From positions 1 to 64,000 of the forward strand of contig CAYTYR010000009.1 in NCBI GenBank assembly GCA_964441745.1: a stretch of DNA of 64,000 nt, in the 5' to 3' direction. The position numbers were made by a program, and so were the translations under genes. This stretch comes from an uncultured Clostridia bacterium (GTDB taxonomy: Bacteria > CAYTYR01 > UBA6262). This document shows, piece by piece, positions 1-9,922 of this stretch (its first letter is position 1; every line of letters begins with the position of its first letter). The notes under the pieces are model-generated. The model did no database searches. It was not told where the DNA came from and was given only the letters and a program-made list of their open reading frames with translations.

Positions 1-1
1 T

Positions 2-124
2 GGCGTGCCGGCTCAATATTTGCTGGCTTTGCAGGTTAAGACTTTTGAGCCGGCAAAGTGCCCCTGGTGTAAGGAAGGGCTGCCGTTCTTTAAACCAGGC
101 TCACGAAGTACGACAAAAAGTTAA
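2..124 (+). CDS. pyrE: orotate phosphoribosyltransferase, 3' end (truncated by window)
   Basis: Frame 2 reads GVPAQYLLALQVKTFEPAKCPWCKEGLPFFKPGSRSTTKS*. The CPxC...KPGSR tail is typical of one PyrE subgroup, and it sits in a nucleotide-biosynthesis context. Confidence 0.75.
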   Translation, partial: GVPAQYLLALQVKTFEPAKCPWCKEGLPFFKPGSRSTTKS

Positions 125-127
125 CGG

Positions 128-210
128 CAGTTTTAAGTTTCCCCCAGCTGATTTGTCCTAAGGGACAAATCAAAGATGCGGGGACAGGTAAGTTTTGAAA
201 ACTAAAAATT
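128..210. repeat. AGTTTTA heptamer array interrupted by a 48-nt hairpin element
   Basis: Removing 141-188 gives cagttttaagttttaagttttg. The insert has the stem TGATTTGTCC-taag-GGACAAATCA (149-172) and ends in CAGG. Confidence 0.7.
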
Positions 211-231
211 GTTTTTCAAGAGGAGAAGGAA

Positions 232-1218
232 TTGGATTATCGTAAAGCAGGAGTGAACATCGACGCGGGTGAAAGACTGGTGGAAATGATCAAGCCATTA
301 GCTAGAGCCACAAGAAGGCCTGAGGTTATAGCTGATATCGGCGGGTTCAGCGCTTTATTTGACGGGTCGTTCAAAAATTACAAACACCCGGCGCTGGTTT
401 CTTCAACTGACGGAGTTGGCACTAAACTAAAACTGGCTTTTTTATTGAACAAACATAATACCGTAGGCATAGACCTGGTAGCCATGAGCGTCAATGATAT
501 TATCACCTGCGGCGCGGAACCGCTGTTCTTCCTGGATTATTTTGCCTGTGGTAAATTAGAACCGAAAATTGCTGCCAAGGTTATCGGCGGAATCACGGCC
601 GGATGTCAGCAGGCGCACTGCGCCTTGATTGGCGGGGAAACAGCTGAAATGCCGGGATTTTATCCCGCCGGTGAATATGATCTTGCCGGTTTTGTAGTCG
701 GAGTAGTTGATAAAAGCAAAATTATCGATGGCTCTAAAATAAAGCCGGGTGATATTGTTATGGGCCTGCCCTCCAGTGGACCGCATTCCAATGGCTATTC
801 CCTGATCAGAAAAGTATTCAATAATGCCGAATTAAAGAAATATCAGAAAGAGTTATTTGCACCTACGAAAATATATGTCCGTGAAGTTCTGAACGCTGTA
901 CGCTGTTTACCGAACGCTGTTAAAGGCATTGCCCATATAACTGGTGGCGGCGTCCTGGACAACATACCCCGTATTTTGCCAGATAATTGTCAGGTGACCA
1001 TTCGGGAAGGAAGCTGGAAGATACCTTCAATATTTATGACCATGCAGGAAAAAGGTAAGATCCCGTTTAAGGAAATGTACCGTACCTTTAATATGGGACT
1101 GGGGTTGGTCCTGATCGTTGCCAAACAAGATGTTTCCCGCCTCAAGACATTGCTAAAAGGCTCAGTCATCATTGGGCAGGTTGCTAAAGGCAATAAAGAA
1201 GAGGTAAGAATAATTTGA
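232..1218 (+). CDS. purM: phosphoribosylformylglycinamidine cyclo-ligase (AIR synthetase)
   Basis: DYRKAGVNI, TDGVGTK, GGETAEMPG, HSNGYSL and HITGGG motifs; TTG start after GGAG. Confidence 0.97.
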   Translation: MDYRKAGVNIDAGERLVEMIKPLARATRRPEVIADIGGFSALFDGSFKNYKHPALVSSTDGVGTKLKLAFLLNKHNTVGIDLVAMSVNDIITCGAEPLFFLDYFACGKLEPKIAAKVIGGITAGCQQAHCALIGGETAEMPGFYPAGEYDLAGFVVGVVDKSKIIDGSKIKPGDIVMGLPSSGPHSNGYSLIRKVFNNAELKKYQKELFAPTKIYVREVLNAVRCLPNAVKGIAHITGGGVLDNIPRILPDNCQVTIREGSWKIPSIFMTMQEKGKIPFKEMYRTFNMGLGLVLIVAKQDVSRLKTLLKGSVIIGQVAKGNKEEVRII

Positions 1219-1847
1219 AAAACATGCCTTTAAAAATAGGAGTGCTGGTTTCCGGAGGCGGCAGTAATTTGCAGGCTATCATAGATGCTGTCCGCCGGAA
1301 AAAAGTAAAAGCTGAGATCAGCATTGTTATTAGTAATAAAGCTGACGCCTACGCGCTGACCCGGGCGGGTAAGTACAAGATACCAACTTTATATATTGAT
1401 CCTAATAATTATCCTGACCGGGAAGCATATACCCGCGCTATTACCGATGAGCTAAAACAAAGAGGAGTAGGATTAGTATGCCTGGCCGGATTTATGAGCA
1501 TACTTACTCCGTATTTTGTCAAGAATTTCGCTTTACAGGCGATGAATATTCATCCTGCTTTACTGCCAGCTTTCGGCGGAGCAGGCATGTATGGCCATCA
1601 TGTTCATGAAGCAGTATTGAAATCAGGGGCAAAGTATTCTGGCTGCACCGTACATTTTGTAGACGAAGGGTGCGACACCGGACCGGTCATCGTTCAAGAG
1701 GTCGTTCCAGTAAAAGATGATGATACAGCTGATACCCTCGCCAAGCGTATCTTAAATATTGAGCATAAATTATATCCGCTGGCAATTAAGTATTTTGCTG
1801 AAGGCAAACTGCACGTAGTCGGCAAAAGAGTTTGGTTAAATAAATAA
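1215..1847 (+). CDS. purN: phosphoribosylglycinamide formyltransferase
   Basis: SGGGSNLQA, LAGFM, NIHPALLP and GCTVHFVDEGCDTGP motifs. Confidence 0.97.
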   Translation: MKNMPLKIGVLVSGGGSNLQAIIDAVRRKKVKAEISIVISNKADAYALTRAGKYKIPTLYIDPNNYPDREAYTRAITDELKQRGVGLVCLAGFMSILTPYFVKNFALQAMNIHPALLPAFGGAGMYGHHVHEAVLKSGAKYSGCTVHFVDEGCDTGPVIVQEVVPVKDDDTADTLAKRILNIEHKLYPLAIKYFAEGKLHVVGKRVWLNK

Positions 1848-3373
1848 TGAAATACTCACTGACTAAAAAACTAATTGTGACCTTATTGTTTCTGGCGCTG
1901 ATACCATTGATCATGGTTTCTTTTATTGCGATAGCTGATTTAAATAAGGTTTTTAAATTATTCAGTTTAAATACGGAAGCGGTCCAGCAAAATAATTATC
2001 AGGAATCAAAAAGAATTATCGAAGGGCTGGCTCAGCAGAATGTTAAGGAAATATCAGCTCATGTCGCCCAGGAAATTGAGCTTTATCTGGCGGCACACCC
2101 AAAGTTAAGTATGGCCGATTTGCAGCAACAAAAGAATTTTGAAAGAATCGCCTTGCAAAAAATAGGTGAAAACGGTTATACTGCTATATATGAGATACTT
2201 GGCGGCATCAACCGCTTTCATCCAAATGCAAAAATGGAAAATAAAAGTTATCTTGAGTTAAGCCAGGAGCTTCCGGAATTTGGAAACCTGATCCGGGAAC
2301 ATGTATCTGCTGGAGGAAAAGAGCTAGGCGGTTTTTATAGCTGGCGCGGGCAAAACGGCGAGATTAGAAAGAAATATATGTACTTGCGCGCAATTAATCT
2401 AAAAACAGCAGATCAGGTACAGCTTGGAGTAGCTGCCACTGCTTATGTAGATGAATATTCCATTATTATGACGGCCATAAATGCTCGGACCCAGAAAGTT
2501 TTACAGCAAACTCAAAAAGATTCACGAAAGATAATTAGTTCTATTTACCAACGCAATATTATAATTCTGTTGTCTCTGATCGTTGTCTTGGCCCTGGTTA
2601 TTTTGCTCTTTATCAAGCAATCCATCAAGCCGATCCGGCAGCTGATCGAAGAAATGAACAGTTTTTCCAGCGGTAATAAAGATATCGTTGTTAACATCAG
2701 CGCGCAGGATGAAATAGGACAGCTGGCCAGATCCTTTGCTGTCATGACCAATAAATTACTGGTTGAAGAATCAAAAACAAAAGAAGTTTATCTGGGCATG
2801 ATCGCTACTTTGGCCAAGGCCCTGGAAACAAAAGATGCTTATACTTCCGGACATACGGAAAGGGTTACTGAATACGCGGTTAAAATCGCCGAGTATATGG
2901 GGCTGAAATCAGAAGAAATTGAAGTGATCCACAAAGCATCGCTGATCCATGACATCGGCAAGATTGGTATCAAGTCGGAGATCCTGAATAAAAAGGAAAC
3001 CCTGAACGAAGAGGATTGGAAAGTGATCAAGACGCATCCGATCATGGGTATAAATATCCTGAGCCCGATGAAGATCCTGGGAAACATCTTGCCAATAATC
3101 AGATATCACCATGAGCGCTTTGACGGGACCGGATATCCCGAGGGATTATCCAGCGAAGAAATCCCGCTGGGAGCGAGGATTCTTTCCGTAGCTGATAGCT
3201 ATGATGCCATGACTAGCGACAGGCCATATCATGAAAGATTTCCTATCGGCATGGCGATCGCTGAGATCGAGAGAAATTCAGGCGCTCAATTTGATCCGGA
3301 CGTTGTCTCAGCCTTATTGGCTGTATTGAAAGAAGAAGAAGAAGAAGAAGAAGAAAATAAAAGAAAAGCTTGA
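1847..3373 (+). CDS. membrane sensor with Cache-like extracytoplasmic domain, HAMP and HD-GYP phosphodiesterase domain
   Basis: Two TM segments, HAMP (DEIGQLARSF), HTERV...HDIGKIG...HHERFDGTGYP; TAATG overlap with purN. Confidence 0.9.
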   Translation: MKYSLTKKLIVTLLFLALIPLIMVSFIAIADLNKVFKLFSLNTEAVQQNNYQESKRIIEGLAQQNVKEISAHVAQEIELYLAAHPKLSMADLQQQKNFERIALQKIGENGYTAIYEILGGINRFHPNAKMENKSYLELSQELPEFGNLIREHVSAGGKELGGFYSWRGQNGEIRKKYMYLRAINLKTADQVQLGVAATAYVDEYSIIMTAINARTQKVLQQTQKDSRKIISSIYQRNIIILLSLIVVLALVILLFIKQSIKPIRQLIEEMNSFSSGNKDIVVNISAQDEIGQLARSFAVMTNKLLVEESKTKEVYLGMIATLAKALETKDAYTSGHTERVTEYAVKIAEYMGLKSEEIEVIHKASLIHDIGKIGIKSEILNKKETLNEEDWKVIKTHPIMGINILSPMKILGNILPIIRYHHERFDGTGYPEGLSSEEIPLGARILSVADSYDAMTSDRPYHERFPIGMAIAEIERNSGAQFDPDVVSALLAVLKEEEEEEEENKRKA

Positions 3374-3390
3374 AGAAGGGGGGGATGATA

Positions 3391-3438
3391 ATGGCAAAGA
3401 AAAAGAAAAAAGTCGCCAAGAAGAAAAAGAAAAAATAG
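3391..3438 (+). CDS. putative 15-aa lysine-rich peptide MAKKKKKVAKKKKKK
   Basis: G-rich SD-like AAGGGGGGG upstream, ATG GCA start, mixed AAG/AAA codons, TAG stop. Confidence 0.5.
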   Translation: MAKKKKKVAKKKKKK

Positions 3439-3583
3439 TTTCTTGCTAGTCATCCACGAATGATTTAGAAATCAGTGGCCACTGATTAGTTAATTGCATA
3501 GTGAATTAACTCAATTTAGAAATAAATACTTTCTAAGTAAAAGTGTTTTATTGTCTAATGATATAAAATAGAAGGATTTGTCT

Positions 3584-5149
3584 ATGACTAAAATAAAACG
3601 AGCTCTCATTAGTGTAAGCGACAAGACCGGGCTGGATACTCTCGCCCGGACTTTGCAGAAGTTAGAAGTAGAAATATTATCTACAGGCGGCACTTCTAAA
3701 TATCTAAAGGAACAAGGAATTGCTGTCAAAGATGTCAGCGATTTTACCGGTTTTGCCGAGATGCTGGATGGCCGGGTTAAAACATTGCATCCAAAAATAC
3801 ATGGCGGATTATTAGCTTTACGCAAAAATGCAGATCACCAGGCCCAAGTCAAAAAACATGGACTTGAATATATAGATTTAGTCGTAGTGAACCTGTACCC
3901 TTTTGAAAAAACATTGATCAAGCCAAATGTCACTAAGGAAGAGATCATTGAAAACATTGACATCGGCGGACCGGCGATGCTTCGTTCAGCAGCTAAAAAT
4001 TACCAGGACGTTGCAGTCATTTGCGATCCCCTTGATTATGAACTTATGATCAAAGAACTAAATGAAAATAATGGCGAGATCTCTTTACCCTTAAAAGAAA
4101 AATTAGCGGGCAAGGTTTTTACGCATACGGCAGGCTATGATGCCATTATTAGTAATTATTTTGCGCAACAGCCAGGACAGGAAGGGACACTGATACCAGA
4201 CACCTTACTGCTGAAACTGGCCAAGGTGCAATCACTGCGCTATGGGGAAAATCCGCATCAGCCAGCGGCTTTATACAGGCAAGCTGGCCGGCAGAACCCT
4301 AAAGACCTGGTTAATCTTAAACAAATGCACGGCAAGGAATTATCATTTAATAACCTGCTCGATCTGGAAGCAGCCTGGAATATAGTCAAGGATTTTGGAA
4401 CCGAGAAGGTCGCCGTTATCGTCAAACATAATAATCCCTGCGGTGTAGGCAAAGGCGATACTTTACTGGAATCCTACCAGCGGGCTTTGGCTTGCGATCC
4501 AGTCAGCGCCTATGGCGGTATTGTCGCCACCAGTTTTACGATAGACGCAGATACTGCCCGGGAAATGGGGAAACTGTTTTTAGAATTAACTATTGCTCCG
4601 GCTTATACCGAAGAAGCCTTGAAAGCGCTTAAAGAAAAGAAGAACCTGCGGATCATTGAGTTGCCGCTGTCAAAATTACCGTCGGCTGATCTTGATTTCA
4701 AGAAGATCACTGGCGGATTCCTGGTCCAGGAAAAGGATATATTAAGAAATATAGCGGACCTGAAAGTGGTCACGAAACGCAATCCGACAGAAGAAGAAAT
4801 GTCCGCGCTTATTTTTGCCTGGATCGTTTGCAAGAATGTTAAATCCAATGCCATTGTTTATGCCACCAAAGACCAGACCATCGGTATCGGCGGCGGGCAG
4901 ACCAGCCGGGTTGATTCCAGCGAGATCGCGGTCCTGAAAGCGCAAAAGCATGGTCTGAACACCAAGGGCACGGTCCTGGCCAGCGATGCTTTTTTCCCGT
5001 TCCGTGACGGCGTAGATGCGGCAGCCAAAGCCGGCGCGACTGCCGTCATCCAGCCTGGTGGTTCAGTGCGTGATGAGGAAGTGATCCAGGCTTGTAATGA
5101 AAATAATATCGCCATGGTCTTTACGGGAGTACGGCATTTCAAACATTAG
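3584..5149 (+). CDS. purH: bifunctional AICAR transformylase / IMP cyclohydrolase
   Basis: [47 protein letters not shown] and RHFKH motifs. Confidence 0.98.
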   Translation: MTKIKRALISVSDKTGLDTLARTLQKLEVEILSTGGTSKYLKEQGIAVKDVSDFTGFAEMLDGRVKTLHPKIHGGLLALRKNADHQAQVKKHGLEYIDLVVVNLYPFEKTLIKPNVTKEEIIENIDIGGPAMLRSAAKNYQDVAVICDPLDYELMIKELNENNGEISLPLKEKLAGKVFTHTAGYDAIISNYFAQQPGQEGTLIPDTLLLKLAKVQSLRYGENPHQPAALYRQAGRQNPKDLVNLKQMHGKELSFNNLLDLEAAWNIVKDFGTEKVAVIVKHNNPCGVGKGDTLLESYQRALACDPVSAYGGIVATSFTIDADTAREMGKLFLELTIAPAYTEEALKALKEKKNLRIIELPLSKLPSADLDFKKITGGFLVQEKDILRNIADLKVVTKRNPTEEEMSALIFAWIVCKNVKSNAIVYATKDQTIGIGGGQTSRVDSSEIAVLKAQKHGLNTKGTVLASDAFFPFRDGVDAAAKAGATAVIQPGGSVRDEEVIQACNENNIAMVFTGVRHFKH

Positions 5150-5159
5150 CAATAGAAAG

Positions 5160-5237
5160 CGCTTATGGCTAATGGCTTATAGCAAATAGCAAGAGCTTGA
5201 AGCTTTTGCCATATGCAATAAGCTATATGCTATATGC
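5160..5237. repeat. inverted pair of degenerate heptamer arrays (GCTTATR / GCTATAT)
   Basis: gcttatg gctaatg gcttata gcaaata ... gccatat gcaataa gctatat gctatat. Confidence 0.75.
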
Positions 5238-5251
5238 GAATTGAGGTTCAG

Positions 5252-5698
5252 ATGCGGCCGACCTGGGACCAGTATTTTATGCAAATAGCCAATATCATCG
5301 CTACTCGTTCTACCTGCTTACGGCGGAGCGTCGGCGCTGTTTTGGTTAAAAATAAACGTATTATCGCTACTGGATATAATGGCACGTTGACTAAACTGCC
5401 GCATTGCAAGATCACCGGCTGCCTCAGGGATAAACAGAAGATTCCATCTGGCCAGCGACAGGAATTGTGCCGGGGCATGCATGCTGAGGCTAATGCCTTA
5501 TTATTTGCTTCCACCTCTGGCATAGATATGCATAATGCGACGCTCTATTCAACCAACCAGCCTTGCGTGTCCTGCGCTAAAATGATCATCCAGGCTGGCA
5601 TTAAAAGAGTACTTTTTGAAGGAACATATCCTGACCAGCTGGCGCTTAAATTATTTAAAGAAGCTAAGGTGAAATTAGTTAAATTTAAAAAGCTTTAA
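5252..5698 (+). CDS. dCMP deaminase / ComEB-like zinc deaminase
   Basis: RPTWDQYFM, STCLRRSVGA, HAEANA and PCVSC motifs; ATG 5252 follows GAGG. Confidence 0.9.
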   Translation: MRPTWDQYFMQIANIIATRSTCLRRSVGAVLVKNKRIIATGYNGTLTKLPHCKITGCLRDKQKIPSGQRQELCRGMHAEANALLFASTSGIDMHNATLYSTNQPCVSCAKMIIQAGIKRVLFEGTYPDQLALKLFKEAKVKLVKFKKL

Positions 5699-5701
5699 GT
5701 T

Positions 5702-5737
5702 TCCGCCTTTAAGCTTGGCGGATCCGCCTCTGGCGGA
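5702..5737. repeat. tandem GC-rich palindromes TCCGCC-N9-GGCGGA and TCCGCC-TCT-GGCGGA
   Basis: Read directly; related copies at 63687-63701 and 27800-27814. Confidence 0.75.
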
Positions 5738-5784
5738 AAAACTTTCAACTTAACACTTAAAACTGTATTTTAAAAGGAGTTAAC

Positions 5785-7077
5785 ATGATTCCCAGGTATT
5801 CTACTCCGGAACTGGCCCAGATCTGGACTGATGAAAGCAAATTCCAAAAAATGCTGGAAATAGAGATCCTGGCTTGTGAAGCTATGGCCAAGATCGGCAA
5901 AATACCAGCAAGCGCCCCGGCAGTGATCAGGAAGAAAGCCAGGATCGATGTCAAGCGCATTAAAAAAATCGAAGATGTCACCCGGCATGACGTTATTGCT
6001 TTCCTGACCCAATTGGAAGAGGTAGTGGGGCCGGAAGCCAAATATATTCATAAAGGACTGACTTCTTCTGATGTCCTGGATACCGCCTTGAGCCTGCAAA
6101 TGAGAGAAAGCCTGGAGATCATCCTGGCTGACCTCGTCGCCTTGGCCGCGGTATTGAAGAAAAAAGCCAAAAAATACAAAAATACTTTAATGGTCGGCCG
6201 GACCCATGGCATATATGCTGAACCGATCACTTTTGGATTTAAAATAGCCCTGTGGTATGCTGAAACCTTGCGTAACATCGAAAGGGTCAGGCAGCTCATG
6301 CCCGTGATCAGCGTCGGCAAGATCAGCGGCGCGGTAGGCACTTATGCCAATGTAGACCCGAGAGTGGAAGCGTATGTCTGCCAGAAATTAAAATTTAAAC
6401 CAGCTCCGGTTTCTACGCAGGTTTTACAGCGTGACCGTCACGCCCAATATGTAACAACGTTGGCGATCTGCGCCGCCACGATCGAAAAGATCGCGACTGA
6501 AATACGTAATTTACAGCGCAGTGAAATCCGTGAGGCAGAGGAATTCTTTGCTAAAGGCCAGAAAGGGTCCAGCGCGATGCCGCACAAGCGCAATCCCATC
6601 ACCTGTGAGCAACTCTGCGGTTTGGCGCGCATTATCAGGGCCAACACTGTCCCGGCATTGGAAAATGTGGCTCTCTGGCATGAACGCGATATCAGCCATT
6701 CTTCGGTAGAACGGGTAATTTTGCCTGATAGTTCTATCCTGATGGATTATATGCTGAAAAAGACCATCAAGATCATGGAAAACCTGCTGGTTTACCCTGA
6801 GAATATGCTGGAAAACCTGGAGAAAACCAAAGGCCTGATCTTTTCCCAGCAGGTATTGCTTAATTTAATTGACAAAGGTATAGACCGGCAACAGGCTTAC
6901 GTTGTCGTCCAGCGCAATGCTATGCGGGTCTGGCAGGAAAAGGGCGCCTTCCTGGACTACCTGAAGGAAGACGCTGACTTGCAGCAATACTTTTCACCGG
7001 CTGAGATAGCCGCACTTTTCGATTATAATTACCACTTGAAGAACATTGATCAGATATTTAAGAGACTCAAGATATAA
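5785..7077 (+). CDS. purB: adenylosuccinate lyase
   Basis: MIPRY, TRHDV, GRTHG and the GSSAMPHKRNP signature. Confidence 0.98.
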   Translation: MIPRYSTPELAQIWTDESKFQKMLEIEILACEAMAKIGKIPASAPAVIRKKARIDVKRIKKIEDVTRHDVIAFLTQLEEVVGPEAKYIHKGLTSSDVLDTALSLQMRESLEIILADLVALAAVLKKKAKKYKNTLMVGRTHGIYAEPITFGFKIALWYAETLRNIERVRQLMPVISVGKISGAVGTYANVDPRVEAYVCQKLKFKPAPVSTQVLQRDRHAQYVTTLAICAATIEKIATEIRNLQRSEIREAEEFFAKGQKGSSAMPHKRNPITCEQLCGLARIIRANTVPALENVALWHERDISHSSVERVILPDSSILMDYMLKKTIKIMENLLVYPENMLENLEKTKGLIFSQQVLLNLIDKGIDRQQAYVVVQRNAMRVWQEKGAFLDYLKEDADLQQYFSPAEIAALFDYNYHLKNIDQIFKRLKI

Positions 7078-7089
7078 AAATACAGAATA

Positions 7090-7195
7090 AGGTGAAGGGT
7101 GTAGAAGTAGGTGTAGAAGTAAGTCTATAGTAAATAGATTAGAGCCTAACACCCACGCCCTAAGACCAAACTTACTTCCAAAACTTACACCTAAT
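7090..7195. repeat. family B intergenic element (GGTGTAGAAGTA arm and inverted CTTACTTCC arm)
   Basis: Similar copies at about 8533, 27143, 37049 and 42850. Confidence 0.75.
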
Positions 7196-7233
7196 AACTG
7201 CTATTTTACTTACTGTATTCTAAGGAGACTAAC

Positions 7234-8532
7234 ATGCCATGTTTGGTGATCGTAGGAGCCCAGTGGGGAGATGAAGGCAAAGGGAAGATCGTTCATCTCT
7301 TAAGTCAGTACGCTGATTTTATTTGCCGTTTCCAGGGAGGCAATAATGCCGGACATACCGTTGTTTTTGACGGAAACGTCTATGTCCTGCATCTGGTACC
7401 CTCAGGCATTCTGCAACCGCATAAGAAATGCATTATCGGCAACGGGGTGGTAGTTGATCCCGAAGCTTTGCTGACCGAGCTTAATTTCGTAAAATCTAAA
7501 AATATGACGACCCGTAACCGTCTCTATATCAGTGACCTGAGCCATATTACCTTGCCGTACCATCGTCTGATGGACAGTCTCGGCGAGGAAACCCTGGGTA
7601 AACAAAAGATCGGCACAACCAAGAGAGGCATTGGCCCTACTTACTCGGATAAAGTTGCCAGGCGCGGTATCCGCATGTCTGATTTTCTGGACAAGGAAAC
7701 ATTTTATAAGCTACTTAAGGATAACCTCAAAAGGAATAATGATGTCCTGGTCAATGTTTATAAACAGAAAAAGTTGTCCCTGGAAGTTTTGTACCGGGAG
7801 TATATGAAGATAGCGGCCAAGATCCGACCGTACGTTACTGATACCACGGTCATGGTGAACAAAGCCCTGGATGAAGGCAAGAACGTTCTTATTGAGAGTG
7901 CGCAGGGCACCATGTTGGACCTGGACTTCGGAACTTATCCCTATGTCACCAGTTCCAATCCTATTTCCGGTGGAGCCTGCACCGGCCTGGGAATACCGCC
8001 GCACAGGATTGAGCAAGTTCTGGGTATTTGCAAAGCTTATACTACCCGTGTTGGGGAAGGGCCCTTCCCGACAGAATTAAAAGATGTCACTGGTGATTAC
8101 CTGCGAAAAAAGGGCGGGGAGTTTGGCGCAACCACCGGCCGTCCACGCAGATGCGGTTGGTTTGATGCCTTAGTAGTAAGGCATGCTTCCAGGATCAACG
8201 GCTTTACCGGATTAGCCTTGACCAAACTTGATGTTTTAGACGACCTGGACATTATCAAGATTTGTACCGGCTACAAATATAAAGGAAAAATATTAAGGGA
8301 ATTTCCCCATAACCGTCGGATGCTGGAAGAAGTACAGCCAGTATACAAGCAAATGCCTGGTTGGAAAACCAGCACCAGCCACTTGAAGAAATATTCCGAC
8401 CTGCCGCTCAATGCCAAGCGTTATATGCATGAATTGGAAAAGCTGGTGGGCGTGAAGATCGCGATCTTGTCCTTAGGCAAAGACAAATATGAAACTATCG
8501 TCTTAGATAAAAATATAACTAAGTTTAAATAG
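7234..8532 (+). CDS. purA: adenylosuccinate synthetase
   Basis: GAQWGDEGKGK, GGNNAGHT, GTTKRGIGP and GATTGRPRRCGW motifs. Confidence 0.98.
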   Translation: MPCLVIVGAQWGDEGKGKIVHLLSQYADFICRFQGGNNAGHTVVFDGNVYVLHLVPSGILQPHKKCIIGNGVVVDPEALLTELNFVKSKNMTTRNRLYISDLSHITLPYHRLMDSLGEETLGKQKIGTTKRGIGPTYSDKVARRGIRMSDFLDKETFYKLLKDNLKRNNDVLVNVYKQKKLSLEVLYREYMKIAAKIRPYVTDTTVMVNKALDEGKNVLIESAQGTMLDLDFGTYPYVTSSNPISGGACTGLGIPPHRIEQVLGICKAYTTRVGEGPFPTELKDVTGDYLRKKGGEFGATTGRPRRCGWFDALVVRHASRINGFTGLALTKLDVLDDLDIIKICTGYKYKGKILREFPHNRRMLEEVQPVYKQMPGWKTSTSHLKKYSDLPLNAKRYMHELEKLVGVKIAILSLGKDKYETIVLDKNITKFK

Positions 8533-8642
8533 AAGTCATAGGGTGAAAGTTGTAGAGGTAGGTATGGAAGTAGGTCTGAAGTCTTTGGTTTAGAGCCTGT
8601 TTGTTTGAATCGGTGTAATCTGTATTTGTAATCTGTGTAATC
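8533..8642. repeat. family B arm followed by family C (AATCKGTGTAATC x2)
   Basis: ggtatggaagtaggtctgaagtctttggttta; aatcggtgtaatc at 8608-8620 and aatctgtgtaatc at 8630-8642. Confidence 0.7.
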
Positions 8643-8662
8643 GTAGTAAAAAAGGAGCAATC

Positions 8663-9775
8663 ATGACCAAAGCGGTACTGGTCCTGGAAGACGGGACAGT
8701 CTTTCAAGGGTCGAGTTTCGGCGCTGAGGGCGAGTGCTACGGTGAAGTAGTTTTTAATACGTCCATGACCGGCTACCAGGAGATCATCACTGATCCGTCA
8801 TACAAAGGGCAGATCGTGACCATGACCTATCCAGAAATAGGCAACTATGGCGTCAATCTGGAAGATAAGGAATCCCGTAAGGTATTTCTCGAGGGATTGG
8901 TCGTTAAAGAATATTCAAAAATTTATTCTAATTGGCGGGCCAGAGAATCACTGAGCGATTACCTGAAACAAAATAATGTCCCGGGCATAGAAGGTGTTGA
9001 CACCAGAAAACTGACTAAGCTGTTACGCACCAAAGGAGCGATGAAAGCCATAATCTCCACGATCCAGTTCGAGCCAAAGGAGCTACTCAAGAAAGTGAAA
9101 GAATCTCCCGGTCTGCTGGGACGGGACCTGGTCAGGGCAGTGACCAACTCGGAGATTTATGAGTGGCAGACGCGGCCCCAGGATTGGATTACTGTTCCAG
9201 CCGTCAAAAAATTTAAAGTTATCGCGATAGATTGCGGCGTCAAATATAATATCCTGCGCTTATTAGAAAATATCGGTTGTGAAGTAACTGTCGTTCCCGC
9301 CCAAACTCCCGCGGCAACCATACTGTCAAAAAATCCTGATGGCATTTTCCTTTCCAACGGCCCCGGTGATCCTGAACCTTTAAACTATGTGATCGAAACA
9401 GTGCGGCAACTGCTCGGTAAAAAACCGATCTTCGGCATTTGCCTGGGACATCAGCTACTGGGACTAGCCCTGGGAGGGAAAACCTATAAACTCAAATTCG
9501 GGCATCATGGGGCAAATCATCCGGTCATGCATCATGCTACTGGCAGTGTCGAGATCACTGCCCAGAACCACGGTTTCTGCGTCGACATAAATTCCCTCAA
9601 TAAAGAAGATATCGAGGTCACACATACAAACCTGAATGACCAAACCAATGAGGGTTTCCGTCATAAAAAATACCCGGCATTCTGTGTGCAATATCACCCG
9701 GAATCTTCGCCCGGGCCGCATGACTCGCGCTATTTGTTTGATGAATTCCTAAAGCTTATGGAGCAGCATAAATAA
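8663..9775 (+). CDS. carA: carbamoyl-phosphate synthase small subunit
   Basis: GEVVFNTSMTGYQE, SNGPGDP, GICLGHQ and QYHPESSPGP motifs. Confidence 0.98.
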   Translation: MTKAVLVLEDGTVFQGSSFGAEGECYGEVVFNTSMTGYQEIITDPSYKGQIVTMTYPEIGNYGVNLEDKESRKVFLEGLVVKEYSKIYSNWRARESLSDYLKQNNVPGIEGVDTRKLTKLLRTKGAMKAIISTIQFEPKELLKKVKESPGLLGRDLVRAVTNSEIYEWQTRPQDWITVPAVKKFKVIAIDCGVKYNILRLLENIGCEVTVVPAQTPAATILSKNPDGIFLSNGPGDPEPLNYVIETVRQLLGKKPIFGICLGHQLLGLALGGKTYKLKFGHHGANHPVMHHATGSVEITAQNHGFCVDINSLNKEDIEVTHTNLNDQTNEGFRHKKYPAFCVQYHPESSPGPHDSRYLFDEFLKLMEQHK

Positions 9776-9787
9776 TACAAGAAATAA

Positions 9788-9911
9788 ATCCTAAATTCTA
9801 ATATCAAAATACTAAACAATATCTAATTTTCAAATAATGAAACTAATAGTTTAGAAGTTTTGAATTTAGAGTTTGATTATTGTTTAGAATTTAGAACTTA
9901 GAATTTAGAAA
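9788..9911. repeat. family D inverted heptamer arrays (CTAAWHW / TTTAGAA)
   Basis: ctaaatt ctaatat caaaata ctaaaca ... tttagaa tttagaa cttagaa tttagaa. Confidence 0.75.
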
Positions 9912-9922
9912 TTGGAGCATAC

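Noticed and set aside
3439-3583. ZMP/ZTP or purine riboswitch upstream of purH
   Set aside because: No recognisable consensus. The region is AT-rich with only simple inverted repeats.
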